DNA from: a virus | Taxonomy: Duplodnaviria > Caudoviricetes | Strand: one strand, 5' to 3' | IMG/VR virus record: IMGVR_UViG_3300036770_004953 | Span: 1 to 55,105 of that record | Length of the DNA stretch: 55,105 bases | Shown: positions 10,037 through 19,980 of the stretch, in pieces | Layout of the letters: each line of letters starts with the position of its first letter | How positions within the stretch are numbered: position 1 is the stretch's first letter | Position numbers and translations under genes: made by a program | The notes under the pieces: model-generated | Databases searched by the model: none | Told to the model about the DNA's origin: nothing | Seen by the model: only the letters and a program-made list of their open reading frames with translations

Positions 10037-10203
10037 GTAAAAAATCAAAATGCGTGTGTAATCCAGAAAAGGATCAGATGATTCAAGATGTGATCGAAGT
10101 TCTAGAGCGAGAAGTCTCGAATTATTCTTCTGAATTCGTCCCAGAAAGAATCACAAGAATCCGGGCCTACATCGAAAAACTTAATAATTCCTCTTGCCCG
10201 TAA
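10033..10203 (+). CDS. small hypothetical protein (56 aa)
   Basis: ATGA overlap with MazG gene, GGAG upstream, open to TAA 10201-10203; not in supplied ORF track. Confidence 0.55.
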   Translation: MSKKSKCVCNPEKDQMIQDVIEVLEREVSNYSSEFVPERITRIRAYIEKLNNSSCP

Positions 10204-10214
10204 TGGGCTTTTTT
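10196..10214 (+). terminator. probable intrinsic terminator
   Basis: gccc-gtaat-gggc followed by T run. Confidence 0.55.
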
Positions 10215-10252
10215 AATGCTCTAAATAATTAGAGTATTCGTTTTTACGATAA

Positions 10253-11236
10253 ATGCACGACGATAGAATTTATCAGGATCTTGTCAATAGCTATTATAAT
10301 CTTTACACCTTAAATGAGGATGTGGATCCTATTGAGGAAGCAAAAGAAGATGAAGGTCTAACCCCAGGTCAAAAACAAACTGCTCGTCAAAAAAGACAAG
10401 GCGCTGGTGAACTCGAACGTCAATCCAAACATCTTTTTGGTCGCTACCAAAAACAGAAGCCCGTTAAAGAGGAAACTGTAATTGAGTATCTTCTAGATGA
10501 AGGAATTGCTACTACTGTAGATGGTGCAATCGCCATTTATGAACGTATGAGCGATGAGTGGTATGCTGTTATTATGGAAGCCTTGAAAAAAACTGATACG
10601 ATGAATAAATCTGAAATGGCGGATCAGGTATCAACCCTGAGAAAGAAGATGGCGGATCTAACGAAACAACTTGATCCTAAAAATCCAAACCCCAAAATTG
10701 TAGAACAGATTAAAAGTACAAGAGAACAAATCGCTAAGTTTACACAAGGTCTAAGTTCATTAAGAGATGTTTCAGGACCATCTCAACCAAAAAGAATTGC
10801 GGATAAGAAAAAAGAAGAAGATGAAATGACACCAGAGGAGCGCAAGGAATTTAGACAGGAAATGGCAAAAACTCGTACAGAAAGATCAAAAGAAAAAACG
10901 CCAGAGGAAAGAGCAAAAACTAGAGAAAACATTGCAAAGCGTAAGCCTTCAACGGCAGGCAGAACTCCTCAAAGTACGGGTATGAATCTACCTGATCCAT
11001 CTGGGCGTAAAACTGCAAGACAACAAGGTCTCGAAAGACTTGCGAATGCCCCAACCCGCGATACTCCCAGTTACTATACCCCTAGTGGTGAAAGGAGATC
11101 CTTAAATGTTGTAGGAGATACCGAACAAATTCGAACCGATGCTACTCGCAGCGAACGGCGTTCTGGGGCTTCTCAGTCAATCAGTCGCCCAAATACAAGG
11201 GGTGCAGCTGTTCGTGGTTCAACTAGAAACAGATAA
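10253..11236 (+). CDS. hypothetical protein, putative head/internal protein
   Basis: CTAAATA late-type promoter at 10221-10227; acidic N-terminal domain then K/R-rich tail. Confidence 0.7.
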   Translation: MHDDRIYQDLVNSYYNLYTLNEDVDPIEEAKEDEGLTPGQKQTARQKRQGAGELERQSKHLFGRYQKQKPVKEETVIEYLLDEGIATTVDGAIAIYERMSDEWYAVIMEALKKTDTMNKSEMADQVSTLRKKMADLTKQLDPKNPNPKIVEQIKSTREQIAKFTQGLSSLRDVSGPSQPKRIADKKKEEDEMTPEERKEFRQEMAKTRTERSKEKTPEERAKTRENIAKRKPSTAGRTPQSTGMNLPDPSGRKTARQQGLERLANAPTRDTPSYYTPSGERRSLNVVGDTEQIRTDATRSERRSGASQSISRPNTRGAAVRGSTRNR

Positions 11237-11261
11237 ATAACCCCAATAAAGTAGTCAAAGA

Positions 11262-12470
11262 ATGAAGTCTTTTAGAGAATTTATAACCGAGGCCAGAGGT
11301 GGTAAGGCAGCAGAACAAGCCCAAAGAAGCGGTCTTGTATCCGATGGTCACGGTGGTTGGTTAAATCGTCAAGGATTACTTGTTGCCCAGACACAAAAAG
11401 ATAGACTGGTATTCATTAAGCCGGAAACACCAGATAAAACACCACCAGAAGCCGGTGTAGCACCAGCAAGAAGGGATCAACAAACAGTAGCAGTAAAACC
11501 ACCAAAGGCCCAACCAACACCTAAACCGAAGAAACAAAAAGAAGAAGAACCCGTACCTGAGATTGAAAAATCAAAAGGAATTACAGTCGTCTTTGGTAAG
11601 TTTAATCCTCCTACCGCTGGTCACTTAAAACTCCTTAAGAAAGCCAGACAGGTATCAGGTGATACAGAATTAAGAATCTATCCATCAAGAACTCAAAACG
11701 ATCAGAATCCATTAGAACCAAAGAATAAGATTCGTTATATGCGAATTGCATTTCCAGAGTTTGCTGATGAGATTATGAATGATCAGTCAATGACAACCAT
11801 TTTTGATGTACTCCAGCTACTTAATCAAGAGGGTTATAGGAGTGTTAAAATTGTTGTTGGGGCTCAAAGGGAATCTGAGTTTGATAGACTCTCTAATCAA
11901 TACAATGGTGAGCTTTATGAGTATGATGAAATCGAAATCGTCCCTGCAGCCATTAAGGATCCTGATAGTGATGCCTCTGATGCACAATCATCTGGTGCCT
12001 TAAGAAAAGCAGCAGCCGCTAACGATTATTTCAAGTTTAAATCTGGCCTTCCACCTAAAATGCCAGAGAAAGAAAAGCGTAATTTATTCAATGCTGTCCA
12101 AAATTATTATAACAAAGGTTCTGTTCAAGAAACCTGGAAACTGGCACCTGAACTGGATTATAAAAATCTTAGAGAGTCTTATTACAAAGGCGAAATCTTT
12201 AATGTTGGTGACTTAGTTGAAAGTCAAACTACTGGGGTTGTTGGAGTTATTAAACGCCGTGGACCTAATTATGTGATTTGTGTAAATGAAGAACTCAATT
12301 TTATGTTTAAGCCTTGGATTCAAGACATTACAGAATGGACTGATGATTGCGGAACGACTGAAAAGGAAAAAGAAGTAGGTCGTCCAGAACGAGTGAAATA
12401 TTTAATGCGTCTTATGGGTCTTAAAAAGATCGACAATTATCCTGTAAACCTATCTAAAAAATCTAAATAA
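11262..12470 (+). CDS. cytidylyltransferase-like (HIGH-superfamily) protein
   Basis: VFGKFNPPTAGH motif, IVVG..R..EF, SSGALRKAA; MKSFREFITEA leader. Confidence 0.8.
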   Translation: MKSFREFITEARGGKAAEQAQRSGLVSDGHGGWLNRQGLLVAQTQKDRLVFIKPETPDKTPPEAGVAPARRDQQTVAVKPPKAQPTPKPKKQKEEEPVPEIEKSKGITVVFGKFNPPTAGHLKLLKKARQVSGDTELRIYPSRTQNDQNPLEPKNKIRYMRIAFPEFADEIMNDQSMTTIFDVLQLLNQEGYRSVKIVVGAQRESEFDRLSNQYNGELYEYDEIEIVPAAIKDPDSDASDAQSSGALRKAAAANDYFKFKSGLPPKMPEKEKRNLFNAVQNYYNKGSVQETWKLAPELDYKNLRESYYKGEIFNVGDLVESQTTGVVGVIKRRGPNYVICVNEELNFMFKPWIQDITEWTDDCGTTEKEKEVGRPERVKYLMRLMGLKKIDNYPVNLSKKSK

Positions 12471-12494
12471 TCAAATAAAGAACGTCTATCTATT

Positions 12495-13940
12495 ATGAGC
12501 ACTGAATACACGGTCGGTTTTCAACAAATGCGAGAGATTTATGTTGAGTCTATCGCACCTCAGAATTTGTTAGAGAAAAAGAAGGACAAAGAAGAAACTA
12601 AGAAAACTACTACAGATGATGAAAATGAATTAGATCCTGTCGGACAGGAAGACGAAGACATTAATAATAATGGTAAGAAAAATGATAAAAATGATAAATA
12701 TCTTTTAAATCGTAGACGTGTTCGCTCTAGAATTATCAATTCTGAAAAGAAAATCGACGAAGACACAGACTTCGCCCCAGAACGTCTAGAGTATTATGAT
12801 TGGCGTTCAACTATTTCTGAGGACATTCAGGCTGCAATTGATGAGCTAGACGGTGACCAAATCCAAGAAAAACCAGTCAATAATTATGCAAAAGGTAAAA
12901 ATGGAAAATCAGTTGTAACGATCAATCCTACGATTAACATTGGTGAGGCTGCTGCATCCCTTGGAGGTGAGCTACTAATGGAAAGTGAGCTTGAGATTGA
13001 TGATGTTATTGAAATCGCTGCTGGTTATTTTTATGATCAAGGCCTAACTCCTGAGGGTGTTGAAATTGTTATTGAAGAACTGGGTGAAGAGGCTTTTTAT
13101 CAATTTGCCATTGAACTTACTGAAAATTACATTCTCACAGAGGCCCGCCGCAGTGGTCGTATTGAGCCTGTTACTAAAACGGGTAAATCGGTCGCTGAAC
13201 TTAAAGGTGGTGCAAAGACATCCGCTATTAATCGTCTAAGAAAAGAGAAGCAATCACGTAGAGAAGCAGAATCACAGGCAGCTCAAAAACCTTCTGGTAT
13301 GACTGGTGCTTTAAGAGCCCAATCAGAACTCGCAAGAAAGAGTGCTATTAAAACCGCCAGACAACAGCAACCGCAAACTAATGCTTCTCCAACTAGAAAG
13401 AAGAGAGGTATTCTTGATGTTGTTGCCGCTGAGATTCTTAAAGGTATGGAGAGAGATAAGGCAGCCCGCGAAAAGTTTGCTCAATCCAAAACAGGTCAGG
13501 CACTAAGAACTGCTGGTGGTATCGTATCTGGTGCAGCTGGAGCAGCATCCCGTGCTATGGAATCTCCTATCGTTCAAAAGGCAGAGCGTAACGTCACTGC
13601 AGCAGCACTAAAAGGCACTCGTAAAGTTGCTAGAGGCGCCCGTGATCTTGCTGCCAAAGAGGTAGGCCGCCGCAGGGCCTATGCCGAAGAAGTGGAACAA
13701 CTAGATGAAAAATCTGTTTCTACTCAACAACAAAAACTGTTTGGTTCTGCCTTATCTGTTAAGAGAGGTGAAACCCCAAGAAGTGAAGTAAGTAAGGATG
13801 TTCTAGAAATTGTTGATTCAATGTCTGAAACTGAAATTCGCAAGTTTGCAAAGACTAAGCACAAAGGTCTGCCTAAAGTTAAAGAGCCAATGAATGAAAG
13901 TTTATCTTATGAAGACATTCTTCGCTTTATGAAGAAGTGA
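12495..13940 (+). CDS. hypothetical protein, putative head/internal protein
   Basis: long ORF; alternating acidic and basic segments; C-terminal KSVSTQQQKLFG...FAKTKHKGLP module. Confidence 0.75.
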   Translation: MSTEYTVGFQQMREIYVESIAPQNLLEKKKDKEETKKTTTDDENELDPVGQEDEDINNNGKKNDKNDKYLLNRRRVRSRIINSEKKIDEDTDFAPERLEYYDWRSTISEDIQAAIDELDGDQIQEKPVNNYAKGKNGKSVVTINPTINIGEAAASLGGELLMESELEIDDVIEIAAGYFYDQGLTPEGVEIVIEELGEEAFYQFAIELTENYILTEARRSGRIEPVTKTGKSVAELKGGAKTSAINRLRKEKQSRREAESQAAQKPSGMTGALRAQSELARKSAIKTARQQQPQTNASPTRKKRGILDVVAAEILKGMERDKAAREKFAQSKTGQALRTAGGIVSGAAGAASRAMESPIVQKAERNVTAAALKGTRKVARGARDLAAKEVGRRRAYAEEVEQLDEKSVSTQQQKLFGSALSVKRGETPRSEVSKDVLEIVDSMSETEIRKFAKTKHKGLPKVKEPMNESLSYEDILRFMKK

Positions 13941-13984
13941 ACAAATAATTGACTAAATAATTATACCCAATCTGGAGTAAACCA

Positions 13985-14155
13985 ATGAACTTTAATCTAG
14001 TTCTACCCCTAGCAGAGAAGGTCGTACAGTATTTTTGGAACACCCCTGAAGTGAAAGAGTTTGTGGTAACTCTACTCGAACGTTATTCAAAGAGCACCGA
14101 TAATGATGTTGACGACCTACTCGTTAATCTAGTTCGCAGCAAACTACTCGGCTGA
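13985..14155 (+). CDS. small hypothetical protein (56 aa)
   Basis: GGAG RBS, late motif CTAAATA upstream, ORF MNFNLVLPLAEK...STDNDVDD..; not in supplied track. Confidence 0.7.
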   Translation: MNFNLVLPLAEKVVQYFWNTPEVKEFVVTLLERYSKSTDNDVDDLLVNLVRSKLLG

Positions 14156-14174
14156 GAGTAGTTTAACATAAATT

Positions 14175-14203
14175 AAAAGAGGGAGCCTTCTCCCTCTTTT
14201 TTT
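14175..14203 (+). terminator. intrinsic terminator
   Basis: aaaagagggag-cctt-ctccctctttt followed by further T's. Confidence 0.8.
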
Positions 14204-14254
14204 GTAATCCGGTTCTTCATAAATAACTAATAGCAAAATCTTAAAGAGAATAAA

Positions 14255-15025
14255 ATGGCACTTTGGGGTATCTCAACAACTACTGAAACCGCTGCTAATA
14301 ATTATAATGTACCCAAGTTTCTAAAAGAAACTGATCGGGTGCATAGTCCTCACGATGCCTTTGCAGATGAGCGCGGCTGGATTTTCCGTAATTACAAATC
14401 AGTCGAGCGTTCTGGACTTTCAACCTCTTTCTATGATGAGGTTCTAGTTCCTGTTGCTGGACTCAATACTATTGGTATTTCTTCTAACAGCACGGGCCTA
14501 GGTAATGCTACCCCTGTTGCTCTTTTCTTTGAAGATCCTAACCAGGCCAATCCAATCTCAATCGGTGCCGGCGGCACTACTGGTATTGGTACTGGCCGAA
14601 CTGGTTATGTCCATCTTGTCTTCAATGAAAATGTTTATGTGTCTGCTGGTGCAACAATCCTGATCAGTCAGGCTAATACTTCCGGTACGACTGTTACTAC
14701 CATTGTGGCAACCGCTACCTCAATTACACCTAATGCCCCGGTGTATAACTATGTCAACGGTACTGGTTTTGTAACCTTCCAGAATTATAACGGTCAGATT
14801 ACTAACCGTGTTGCCTTTGCCTTTACTGCCCCAACTGCCTTAAGCGGAATCGGTAGTGTTCTTCGCATTGATACCAGCAAGGCCTTTACAGGGATTATTA
14901 CCGATTTCTATAATGGTGTCGGTGTAACCAGTACCTTCACTGAGGGTCTAATCCGCAATGTGGGCGGCGCCGGAACTACTGCTGGCGTGGGTCTAGGTAC
15001 TACTACTCTTACTGTCGTTGCCTGA
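14255..15025 (+). CDS. putative virion structural protein
   Basis: MALWG start, T/G/S-rich beta-type composition, ATAAATA upstream. Confidence 0.7.
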   Translation: MALWGISTTTETAANNYNVPKFLKETDRVHSPHDAFADERGWIFRNYKSVERSGLSTSFYDEVLVPVAGLNTIGISSNSTGLGNATPVALFFEDPNQANPISIGAGGTTGIGTGRTGYVHLVFNENVYVSAGATILISQANTSGTTVTTIVATATSITPNAPVYNYVNGTGFVTFQNYNGQITNRVAFAFTAPTALSGIGSVLRIDTSKAFTGIITDFYNGVGVTSTFTEGLIRNVGGAGTTAGVGLGTTTLTVVA

Positions 15026-15031
15026 TAATTA

Positions 15032-15418
15032 ATGATTTTTAATGAACTAACAGAAGATAATTTTCTTCTCTTTGCAATAAAAAATTATCAAAATCCTCAG
15101 GGTGTAACCAGAGACGACTTTGAAAGGGACCTAAACCATTTCAAATACGTCAAAAGACTCCTAAAAAAATACGATAAATCGGGTGTTTTAAGGTTACCCC
15201 TGATTATTAATCATCTTATCATCCTTTATAATGTATTCGGTGAGGCCACCACACCTATGTTATTTTTTAAGGTAGATTCTGAACTGTGGCCCGTTTTGAA
15301 AACTATTGTTGTTTTCTTAAACAAACTACCTGATTATCCTCGTGGTCACGTTCACGAAATTAAGTCTGACGAGTATTGTTTAAAAGAGTTGGAAAAGTTA
15401 ACCAATGCAAAAGATTGA
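15032..15418 (+). CDS. conserved T4-like phage hypothetical protein
   Basis: NFLLFAIKNYQNPQ...FKYVKRLL...IINHLIILYNVFG pattern. Confidence 0.75.
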   Translation: MIFNELTEDNFLLFAIKNYQNPQGVTRDDFERDLNHFKYVKRLLKKYDKSGVLRLPLIINHLIILYNVFGEATTPMLFFKVDSELWPVLKTIVVFLNKLPDYPRGHVHEIKSDEYCLKELEKLTNAKD

Positions 15419-15626
15419 TCGAATTGTTAATAATCTTAAAGAAATGATGGTTGCTAATCAACCCGGTGAAAGTGGTGGGTTTACATCAAGTTCAAACTCA
15501 TCTGGTCCTACTGCTGGGTTTGATCAAGTATTATCCAGTTTTCGCCGCCGCAGGAATGATCTTATTGATTATAGGTCAGTAAAGAAAGATCATAAGCGAT
15601 GGTTAAAGAGCATCGAAAACCTCTAA
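15405..15626 (+). CDS. hypothetical protein
   Basis: overlapping ORF; ANQPGESGGF...GPTAGFD. Confidence 0.65.
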   Translation: MQKIDRIVNNLKEMMVANQPGESGGFTSSSNSSGPTAGFDQVLSSFRRRRNDLIDYRSVKKDHKRWLKSIENL

Positions 15627-15691
15627 ATAATTCCGTAACGAATTGATGCAGAAGTGAGGTTTTTTAAAAATTAAACTTTGCTTCGAGGAAA

Positions 15692-16117
15692 ATGTCCGAA
15701 GATTCCACCGTAAAGGTTGCTGTTTTAGAGCAAAAGGTCATTGACCTAAAAGAGATCGTTCTTAAATTAGAAGAGGCGATCGAACGTATTAATGACGTAA
15801 ACTCCAACATCACCAAGATGCTAGCAGTTCACGAACAAAGAATCAATACGAACGAAGAAAACAGTCATAATATTTACCAAAAGGTCTGGGAAATTTCAGA
15901 AAAGCAAGACACAGATAAAATTGAGCTACTGACTAAGATCAATACACTCGATTCTCAAATTAAAGGTACAAGAAATAAATTCCTGATCGCATCCGCCTTT
16001 GTCCTGTTCCTGGGCTTCGTGATCCAGAACGCCGCCTTCTTCGAGAAAGTGTTGGAACTCGGACAAACCAAGAAGACCCTCTTGACAAATCCGGCAGAGT
16101 ATGGTAGACTGTTATGA
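15692..16117 (+). CDS. coiled-coil protein with one C-terminal hydrophobic segment
   Basis: VAVLEQK...KMLAVHEQRI heptads; FLIASAFVLFLGFVI TM-like. Confidence 0.7.
   Translation: MSEDSTVKVAVLEQKVIDLKEIVLKLEEAIERINDVNSNITKMLAVHEQRINTNEENSHNIYQKVWEISEKQDTDKIELLTKINTLDSQIKGTRNKFLIASAFVLFLGFVIQNAAFFEKVLELGQTKKTLLTNPAEYGRLL
16082..16110 (+). promoter_or_regulatory. sigma70-type promoter for primase/RNR
   Basis: TTGACA-17 nt-TAGACT with TG extension. Confidence 0.7.
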
Positions 16118-16132
16118 CCTTGACACGACGGG

Positions 16133-17113
16133 ATGGATCACATTGATGAAAAGTACATAACTCTCTTATCTGGACGGCTAAATAAACTCAAGAAAGTTAA
16201 AAACGGGCTTTATAATTGCAGATGCCCCCTTTGCGGGGATTCTCAAAGAAATAAATCAAAGGCACGGGGATACTTTTATCAGGTAAACAACAATACGAAT
16301 TATAAATGCCATAACTGCGGCGCCAGTATGTCATTTAATAATTTCCTAAAGATTACCGATTCAGTTTTACACGCGCAGTTTTGTCTCGATAAATACACCG
16401 CAGGATTCACGGGTAAGAATTTTCCAGCAGAAGAACCAGAATTCTATACCAGTCAACCAGTATTTAAAGAAAAGCTTGATTTACCTAGGGCATCTGAAAA
16501 CCCAAACGTAAAAAGTTATCTTGAGTCAAGAAAGCTAGATCCAGATAAGTTTTATTATGCAAAAGAGTTTAAGAAATGGGTAAATTCTTTTAAACCCACG
16601 TTTAATGAAAAGGCGCTTTATTATGAGGAGGAACGAATTGTTATACCACTCCATTTAAACAAAAAAATTATTGGGATCCAAGGAAGAGCAATCGGCCCAT
16701 CTGATGTAAAGTATCTCACCATAATGCTTGATGAATCAACACCTAAAGTTTATGGTTATGATCGAGTAGATTTATCTAAATTTGTTTATGTTTTAGAAGG
16801 TCCATTTGACTCTGAATTTGTTGATAATTCTATCGCAATGTGTGGGGCGGATGTTAACATCTCGGATCTAAATATCTCTTACCCGGTCTATGTTTATGAC
16901 AATGAACCACGAAACATCGACATTCTTAAAAGGATGTTAAAGGTTATAGAACGTGGAGATTCAATTGTCATCTGGCCCGAAGCGAATCATTTAAAAGACA
17001 TCAATGAGATGGTTATCTCAGACATTGATGTTATGAGTCTTATTGAAAAAAATACATTCAATGGACTAGAAGCAAGTTTAAAGTTTAATTTTTGGAAAAA
17101 ACGAGACCTATGA
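16133..17113 (+). CDS. gp61: DNA primase (T4 gp61)
   Basis: Zn finger CRCPLCGDS...CHNCG, TOPRIM VLEGPFDS, YDNEPRN, KDINEM. Confidence 0.95.
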   Translation: MDHIDEKYITLLSGRLNKLKKVKNGLYNCRCPLCGDSQRNKSKARGYFYQVNNNTNYKCHNCGASMSFNNFLKITDSVLHAQFCLDKYTAGFTGKNFPAEEPEFYTSQPVFKEKLDLPRASENPNVKSYLESRKLDPDKFYYAKEFKKWVNSFKPTFNEKALYYEEERIVIPLHLNKKIIGIQGRAIGPSDVKYLTIMLDESTPKVYGYDRVDLSKFVYVLEGPFDSEFVDNSIAMCGADVNISDLNISYPVYVYDNEPRNIDILKRMLKVIERGDSIVIWPEANHLKDINEMVISDIDVMSLIEKNTFNGLEASLKFNFWKKRDL

Positions 17114-19842
17114 TTTCACAAGATATTAAAGTACAAAAGCGTAATGGCGCAATTGAACCCCTGATGCTGGATAAGCTGCATCTGATGGTTGAAGAGGCTT
17201 GCAAGGGTCTCTCAGGGGTCTCTGCATCGCAAGTAGAGATGAGTTCGGGCATCCAGTTTTATGACGGGATTTCCACCGAAGACATTCAAAAGGTTCTGAT
17301 CAAATCTGCATCGGATCTTATTAGTCTGGAAAGTCCTAACTATCAATTCGTTGCTGCTCGCCTTTTGCTTTTCTCTATCCGTAAGCAGATTTATGGTGGC
17401 CGAATTGATTTACCCCATCTATCGGAACACATCCGCCGTTGTGTGGATGTAGGTGTTTATGATGATCAAGTTTATAGTAATTACACCGAGGAAGAGATTG
17501 ATCGAATCAATTCTTTCATTGATCACGATCGAGATTTTATCTTTACCTTTGCAGGATTATCTCAGGTTGTTGATAAGTATCTTGTTCAAGATAGGTCCAC
17601 AGGACAGCTTTTTGAGACACCACAATTTATGTACGTGATGATCTCTTTGACTCTTTTTGCCAATTATCCCAAAGAGACAAGGCTGAATTATGTCAAGCGT
17701 TATTACGATGCTATCAGCAAGCACAAGATCAACATCCCAACACCTATTATGGCGGGGGTTAGAACCAAACTGAAGCAGTTTGCATCTTGTTGCCTTATTG
17801 ATGTGGATGATAGCCTTAAGAGCATCTATTCATCTGATAGTGCAATGATGGAGTACGTTTCTGGTCGGGCGGGTATTGGCCTGAACCTAGGTAGAATTCG
17901 GGGTATTGGTTCCAAAATCCGCAACGGTGAGGTTATTTCAACGGGTGTTATTCCCTTTGTTAAAAAGTTTGAGTCATCCCTTAACTCTTGTCACCAGGGA
18001 GGTGTAAGAAAGGGTAGTATGACCATTTACTTCCCAATCTGGCACCAAGAAATTGAGGACATTATCGTACTCAAGAATAATAAAGGAACAGAAGAAAACC
18101 GTGCTCGTAAGGTTGATTATGGTATTCAGCTATCCAAGATTTTTTATGAGAGGTTTATCAATAATCAAGAGATCACTCTATTCTCACCTCATAATGTTCC
18201 AGGACTTTATGAATCCTTTGGTATGCCAGGGTTTGATGAACTATACGTCAAGTATGAGAACGATCCATCTATTCCAAAGAAAAAAATCAGTGCCCAGACA
18301 CTTATTTTAGACTTGCTTAAAGAACGGGCAGAAACGGGTCGAATTTATCTGATGAACATCGACCACGCTAATTCTCATAGCCCATTCAAAGAACAGATTA
18401 CAATGAGTAATCTTTGTGTAGCAGGGGATACCAAAATTATTATTACTTATCCTGAACCAAAATACAATGATGTTGGTGAGATTTTTGATTGGGATGAAAC
18501 GATCGCCCAGATTGAAATTAGAGATTTAGAAAGTTACTTGGATGACCGAGAGAACTACGTTAGGTCTTCTGATTTAGACTCATCTAAGTTTCCTTTTGTA
18601 GAAGTCTTATGTTATAATTTTGATGAGGAATTTCGTGTATTTTCGGAAGTTACCAACTTTGCCCAGACTTCAGAGAAGGCCAAGGTTATAAAGATTACCG
18701 ACACCACTAGAGGAAACACCCTTACGGTAACCCCTGATCACGAGATTTATACTACCAATCGAGGTTATGTCAAGGCCGGTGAACTGGAGCCAACGGATAA
18801 ACTATTTTATGCAACAAGTCACATTAAGTATGAGTATGAGTGTTTTGAGTTAGACATTCAACATCTAGAGGAAGAGATTCCTGTTTATGACATTACAGTA
18901 AAGGATAGGCATAACTTCTTTGCCAATGACATTCTCGTTCATAACTGCACAGAGATTCTTATTCCTACTGATCCTATTCAAAAGCTAGAGGGTGAAGGAC
19001 AAATTGCTCTTTGTATCCTTTCTGCAATGAATGTTGGTAAAATCAAGTCTGATGAAGAACTTGAGGAAATGTGTGATCTGTCTGTAAGAGCCCTTGATGA
19101 GTTGATTGATTATCAGGATTATCCTGTTAATGCTGCAGAGTATTCAGCAAAGGCCAGAAGAACCTTAGGTGTTGGTATTATTGGACTTGCTCATTATTTC
19201 GCAAAACTTGGATTTAAGTATGAGGATCAAGCCGCAACTGATGCAGCCCACGGATTAGCCGAGAGTATTCAGTATTATCTTCTTAAGGCATCTAACCAGT
19301 TAGCCAAAGAAAAAGGTGTTTGTGAGTTTTATGATAAGACAACTTATTCTGAGGGTATCCTTCCGATTGATACTTATAAGAAAGAAGTTGATGAAATCTG
19401 TTCACAACCTCTTCAGCACGATTGGGAAGAGTTACGCCAAAGCATTCTTACTTATGGTCTGAGACACTCAACCCTCTCCTGCGCAATGCCAAGTGAAAGT
19501 TGCCTTTTCTGGGAACACAAAATCAAAACAACCGCTGGCTTTATGGATTTCCATCAAATTGCTGAGCACGGTGGTTTAGATTGGAGAGAGATTGAGATGA
19601 ATGATCAGATTGGATGGTATGATTTGAATACCCCAATTGAAGTGGAAACTCAAGACGGCAATAAAACCGTTGACAAGCTCTATTTCAATGGTCATAAGGA
19701 GGTTGCAACCATCACCTTTGAGGATGGCAGGGTTATCAATTGCACCCCAAATCACAAGTTTCTTGTCAAACTGGAGGATGGTTCAACAATCTGGAAACGG
19801 GTTTATGAACTGAACGAGAATGATGACGTAGTTGAATTTTAA
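17110..19842 (+). CDS. nrdA: class Ia ribonucleotide reductase alpha subunit, N-terminal part (cis intein plus N-half of split intein)
   Basis: ATP cone VQKRNG, PTPIMAG, QFASCCLID, QGGVRKG, SNL|intein|CTEI, ends MPSES|CLFWEH...DDVVEF stop. Confidence 0.95.
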   Translation: MISQDIKVQKRNGAIEPLMLDKLHLMVEEACKGLSGVSASQVEMSSGIQFYDGISTEDIQKVLIKSASDLISLESPNYQFVAARLLLFSIRKQIYGGRIDLPHLSEHIRRCVDVGVYDDQVYSNYTEEEIDRINSFIDHDRDFIFTFAGLSQVVDKYLVQDRSTGQLFETPQFMYVMISLTLFANYPKETRLNYVKRYYDAISKHKINIPTPIMAGVRTKLKQFASCCLIDVDDSLKSIYSSDSAMMEYVSGRAGIGLNLGRIRGIGSKIRNGEVISTGVIPFVKKFESSLNSCHQGGVRKGSMTIYFPIWHQEIEDIIVLKNNKGTEENRARKVDYGIQLSKIFYERFINNQEITLFSPHNVPGLYESFGMPGFDELYVKYENDPSIPKKKISAQTLILDLLKERAETGRIYLMNIDHANSHSPFKEQITMSNLCVAGDTKIIITYPEPKYNDVGEIFDWDETIAQIEIRDLESYLDDRENYVRSSDLDSSKFPFVEVLCYNFDEEFRVFSEVTNFAQTSEKAKVIKITDTTRGNTLTVTPDHEIYTTNRGYVKAGELEPTDKLFYATSHIKYEYECFELDIQHLEEEIPVYDITVKDRHNFFANDILVHNCTEILIPTDPIQKLEGEGQIALCILSAMNVGKIKSDEELEEMCDLSVRALDELIDYQDYPVNAAEYSAKARRTLGVGIIGLAHYFAKLGFKYEDQAATDAAHGLAESIQYYLLKASNQLAKEKGVCEFYDKTTYSEGILPIDTYKKEVDEICSQPLQHDWEELRQSILTYGLRHSTLSCAMPSESCLFWEHKIKTTAGFMDFHQIAEHGGLDWREIEMNDQIGWYDLNTPIEVETQDGNKTVDKLYFNGHKEVATITFEDGRVINCTPNHKFLVKLEDGSTIWKRVYELNENDDVVEF
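18415..18945 (+). mobile_element. cis mini-intein (177 aa) in NrdA
   Basis: starts CVAGDT, block B VTPDH, block F VYDITV, ends ILVHN, C+1 = Cys; removal restores SNLCTEI. Confidence 0.93.
19501..19839 (+). mobile_element. split intein, N-half (113 aa)
   Basis: starts CLFWEHKI after MPSES; block B CTPNHKF; ends at stop with ELNENDDVVEF. Confidence 0.9.
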
Positions 19843-19875
19843 TTAACAATCCTTAACCATAACCTAAAGAGAAAA

Positions 19876-19980
19876 ATGAAAGTAAAATCAATCCAGTTTA
19901 ACGGCGACATTCTCCCCACCTATGACATTGAGGTACCAGAGGTCCATCATTACAATTGTGAGGGATTAGTTTCCCACAAT
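19876..19980 (+). mobile_element. split intein, C-half (35 aa)
   Basis: block F TYDIEV, block G SHN, C+1 = Ser. Confidence 0.9.
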
